DNA of 64,000 nucleotides from Rhizodiscina lignyota (Eukaryota): NCBI GenBank assembly GCA_010015805.1, contig ML978134.1, positions 496,001 to 560,000 of the forward strand, read 5' to 3'. Shown piece by piece: positions 59,752 to 64,000 of this stretch (position 1 is its first letter; each line of letters starts with the position of its first letter). The notes under the pieces were generated by a model. It saw only the letters and a program-made list of their open reading frames with translations, ran no database searches and was not told where the DNA came from. The position numbers and the translations under genes were made by a program.

Positions 59752-61050
59752 ACCCCACCGTTGGCGGATAACGTGTTTACGGCTCTTACTACACTTCTTT
59801 TTTCCAGTTTGACGATTCCGATCTGGATTTTGACTAGATTTGGATAATGGCATCATCAAAAGCGCTTCCCTTCATGTATGACTGGGCCGCGTTCTAGCGC
59901 TGGTGCGTCCCTTTCTCGTCGTTTCTCTCTTGGAACGACGCTGTATTCTATGTACATGCGTTTCTAGCACTGGGTTTTCTACATCGGCCACCAAAGCAGC
60001 AATGCTCCTCTGCATAGCACATTGCGGGGGCGCGGTCTGTCATGCATCGGCTTCGTACGGCTGTGGGTTCTGATTACACGCATGAAAAAAGGGAATGCTG
60101 TCTTCATGTCTTTTCCTTACGTATACGGAAGACTTAGAGACCCGGAGAGGTTCTGCTTCACCTTGCTTGTTTTGCTACTACACTACACTTGCTTTCTCAA
60201 CCCTAATCGCCGTCTTCGGCCCGCATCTTGCTTTTCTGCATGGCACTCGGGGGGTCTGGCTTTTCTGGCTTTCTTGCTTTCAAATGTACAAAAGTCCGGG
60301 TGGTTTTAGGCACGATGTTTTACGGCAACAAAGACTCCTCGGCAGTAGACAGAAGCACACGTTCCAGACAGCACAGCAGCATGAATCAACAAGGTTGTTG
60401 ATCCCATTGTCCAGCAATGCCTCTTCAGGCCTTTCGGGCCCCAGGCTTCTGCCCTCATGTCTCCTCTCGTGCGCCCATGACAAATGTCCGGCTTGTTTCC
60501 GCTCGCACTCCGCTCGGGAGCAGGTATGCAGTCTAGTCGCTTTCCACTTCAGTGATGCGTTGACGGGCCTTGAGAGCCCATTGCACTATCTGATTTCAAA
60601 TGTGCCCCTCACTTAGGCACTGTGAAGATTTTATCCAGCGACATGGCGGATTCGTAACCGCTGCATCTGCATCTCTCGGAAATCTCAAATATGCGACATC
60701 CGTCCGGTCTTGGCACCCTCCACTCCTCCATTCCCGACCCCTGCGCGACATTTCAAGCTCCAACTTCCTTGCATGATCCGCATCCTGTGCATGAGTCTTG
60801 AACTCAATCTACTTCCTATCTCCCCCACCCCAATGGCACGAGAGAGGGGATGCGCCGGCAGCATGTCCGTCGTCACTGCGTCACAGCGGGGTACAAATTG
60901 AGGAGGACGCGCCTGTGACTTCGATACGCGTTGCTTGCTGTTAACATACTGTGGATACGGGGTAGCTAACATCCCTTCATAGCAAAGCTCGGAGCCTACA
61001 GTGGAGCTTTCGCCTGCAATTGAAGCTGTCATTGACCATTCTGAGACACC

Positions 61051-62813
61051 ATGAGGTCCTCTCATAGCTCCATTGTTTCTTTGGCGGCCTGTTTCGTCAG
61101 TGCTGCCATTGCGCAATCCTCCAGCTCTGCCCCGGTCCAGCCATCATGCTCAACGACCTTGTCGGCGAGTTATGCCACGCCGACCATCAATTCGGCGTAC
61201 CAGTTCCGCCTCGTGGCGCAGAAACTCACAGCGCCACGAGGTATCATCTTTGACACCGCCGGGAACATGCTGGTGCTAGAGCAGCGCTCAGGCATTGTGG
61301 CAATGACCCTCGAAGGGGATGGCAACTGTGTCACAGCAGGTGCCCCAAAAACGGTGGTCAACAATACAGATGTATGCGTCTCATCTAATGCCTTCGCTGA
61401 TCTGGCTCCTGAGCCTTGCATGTGGAATTGGACTGTGCTGACCCTGTGGCTTCTTCAAGCTCAACCACGGCATTGCATTTTCGCCCGATGGCAAGACGCT
61501 CTACGCGTCTACTTCCGACGATGTCTTCGCATGGGATTATGATGCAACGACTGCTAAGACCACCAGCGATCCGAAGCAACTGGTCACTAACATGACCAAT
61601 GATGACCATACCACCAGGACCCTTCTCGTCCCGGATCACGTGGATGGCATTATCCTTGTGAGCAGAGGAAGTACTTCGAACGTTGACTTCGAGGCACAAT
61701 TCCTCGACTCCGGACACAGCCAAATCCGAGCTTTCAATATCTCCAACGCCACCAAGCCGTATCAGTATGTCACTGACGGTCTCCGCCTCGGCTGGGGCCT
61801 CCGTAACTCGGTCGGCGTGGCAGAGGAGCCCCTCACAGGTGGTATCTACAGCGTCGAGAACTCTGTAGATCAGCTCTCCCGTGACAATCGCGACATTCAT
61901 GAAGACAATCCTGCAGAGGAGATGAACTTCCATGGTTACCTCAACGGCACGGCATATGCACCCCAGGGTTCGAACTACGGGTACCCAAATTGCGTGACTG
62001 CATGGAGACCGGATTTGCTGCCGGAGAATGCAAACATTACAGTAGGCACTCAGTTCAAGCTTGACGATTTCCCAACGACAGATCAGACGTGCATGGATGA
62101 CCGCACACCGCCGCGTCTGGCCTTCCAGGCCCACATGGCACCCCTAGATATCAAGTTCAACGGAAATGGCTCCGCCGCGTGGGTCACCTTCCACGGCAGC
62201 TGGTAAGTTATCTTCTCCTTTACCATGCGATCGCCACGTGTCCTCCATTCAACATTTCTCACAGTTACACAGGGACCGCACCAACCCCGTCGGTTACAAG
62301 GTGTCAGCTATCCAGTTCGCCAACGGCTCCCCGGTTGAGCCGGCCAACTCCTCCGTTGCCGCAATCGACATCTTCGCGAACCCGGACAATTCCGCCTGCC
62401 CCGACAAGTGCTTCCGTCCCGTCGGCCTCGCCTGGGATATACAGGGCAGGCTGTTCGTCACCTCCGATGCTACTGGCGAAGTCTACATGATCTTGAGGTC
62501 GGATGGGACGCCCACGAATGGCAGCTTGCCCGACTCGGTCATCAATGGGCCGAGGATTGGATCCGCAGTGGCCAGCGCTGAGCCGACCGCTACGAGCACT
62601 GGTGGTGTCAGCGGTGCTGGAAGTGCGACTCCGACTCCATCTAGCAGCGGAAGCGGTAGTGCTGGTGGAGCAAGTGCAAGTGCGAGTGGAAGCGCATCGG
62701 CGAGTGGAAGTGCTGCGGCTGCATCAAGCTCTGGCGCTGCCGTAATGGCCATGCCTGGGTCGCAGATGGCTATGGGAGTTGGTCTCGGTTTGGGAGTGTG
62801 GAATTGGATCTAG
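61051..62813 (+). CDS. PQQ-dependent sugar dehydrogenase (AA12 / sorbosone dehydrogenase-like), secreted, probably GPI-anchored, 3 exons
   Basis: Signal peptide; PRGI, LNHGIA, HTTRTL, GLRNSVG, DNPAEEMN, FQAHMAPLDIKF, FHGSW and CFRPVGLAWD; S/A/G stalk and hydrophobic tail. Confidence 0.88.
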
Positions 62814-63748
62814 TCACGTGATGCGACTCGGACGACACCCAAAGGCTAAGTATGAACCATTAAGATACCTACATGAGTGATGAGGCAACGAAGCGATTGA
62901 GTGATGTCTTGGATGAGTACGGGTGAGGAGTGAGTTGTGGCGCACTAGATGTCTCGACATTGACGTGGGAGGTGAAGTGTTTGTTAAGCTCTCGTTGATT
63001 TCACTCCTAAGTTGAACTTGAAGTTATATCAGAAAGACGTGAAGCATCTCAGTATCTCACTACACTACCTCTATCTTCTTCATTCAATCATAGGCTATGT
63101 GTCAATCGTGCTCGCCACCTCCGTGACTCCGCGTAGCCTTTGTGCGTATAAGTACATCCTTCCACCAATTCCTTAGCCTCGCACAACCTGGCTTTAAGCA
63201 CTTCTCTATCTACCAGAACTCGTTCACGAAGACATAGACTGCTCTTTTCGTCTGGTATAAAGTGCGCTTTGGCTGCGAGAGACTGATTTATCTCTCGGCG
63301 TCACTTGGTGTCGCCTCCCCCTTCGCTCCTCTCTCGCACCATCTACCGACCATCTCTGCAGCCATCTACATTATCAAAAGTGGTTTACCAACCTCACACT
63401 ACGTTTCACTACCAGCCTCGTGAGTATTTTGGCTTGTGGTTGGTGAAAAAGGGTGGTGGCGGCGGATCGCTAGCTATTGTTCAGCGCATTGAGAAAACCT
63501 ACCAGCCTCCGAATTCAGCACTGAACAAAAAGGACACCGGCCTCCAAAATAATCTTTGAATTCTCTCATCCATCTTCATTCTGCATACATAGGCTGCGCG
63601 TCTTTACTTTCAACGACTCGTTCTATCTCTCACGCACTGGGTGCTCGAGAGACTCACTCTCCGAAAGGCATCACATATCCTCACTCTGACTACGGTCGAC
63701 TTTTACCCCGCAAGCGCATTCCTCACTGACTACCTACTACGGTCTACA

Positions 63749-64000
63749 ATGGCGAACCTTAACAACTCTTCTGCCAATACCGCCGCTCCCGCAACTCCAC
63801 CTCCTGGTGAGTGGAAGTTGCCCAACGAGGTATGTTTCGTCCAGCTCTAATTCGCTCCTTGCACACATTTCGCAATCAATGCGCTAACACTCGAGGCAGC
63901 TCACTCTCAAGATTGCGCTCTACAGCCAAGACCGCGAAATCTGCAACCTCGCAGCAGTCTCCAAGAAGACTAGCGAGGTCACTGCGGACAACAGCCATCT
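63749..64000 (+). CDS. 5' part of a probable F-box-like protein (runs off the window)
   Basis: ATG 63749 and intron about 63830-63899 (GTATGT..GCTAAC..CAG) give KLPNE-LTLKIALYSQDREICNLAAVSKKT, an F-box-like pattern. Confidence 0.55.

Overview
Intron-containing genomic DNA of a filamentous ascomycete (Pezizomycotina; class not determinable from this window). Most of it is a housekeeping backbone: mago nashi, beta-COP, sphingoid kinase, GST-zeta, Apq12-like, agmatinase-like, Fpg, Nat1, COT-1/Cbk1, mitochondrial uL10, Trp4, Dis3, Gcn20, an AA12 dehydrogenase and the start of an F-box-like gene. Two accessory-looking islands interrupt it. The first (about 24.0-34.7 kb, between nat1 and cot-1) holds the main discovery: a divergently transcribed two-gene fungal RiPP (dikaritin-like) module. 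It consists of a 4-exon DUF3328/UstYa-type oxidase with two HxxHC motifs (25748-26623, -) and a secreted Kex2-type repeat precursor with seven EEDPFKWD(KT)KR units (27380-27828, +). The predicted core is Tyr-free (PFKW/FKWD), unlike the dikaritin cores I know, and the precursor appears to need a 1-nt micro-exon or a non-proximal acceptor to be in frame. About 1.2 kb further on is an 8-exon, 83-aa, 8-Cys secreted protein built from micro-exons (28980-29652, -) that is absent from the ORF track, followed by a macro-domain gene and a frameshifted HET gene. The second island (37.8-43.1 kb) has an intact HET gene, an acidic Gly-rich secreted protein and a CxxC/coiled-coil orphan. Gene models were spliced by eye, no database search was run, and no rRNA, tRNA, CRISPR array or intact transposon was recognised.
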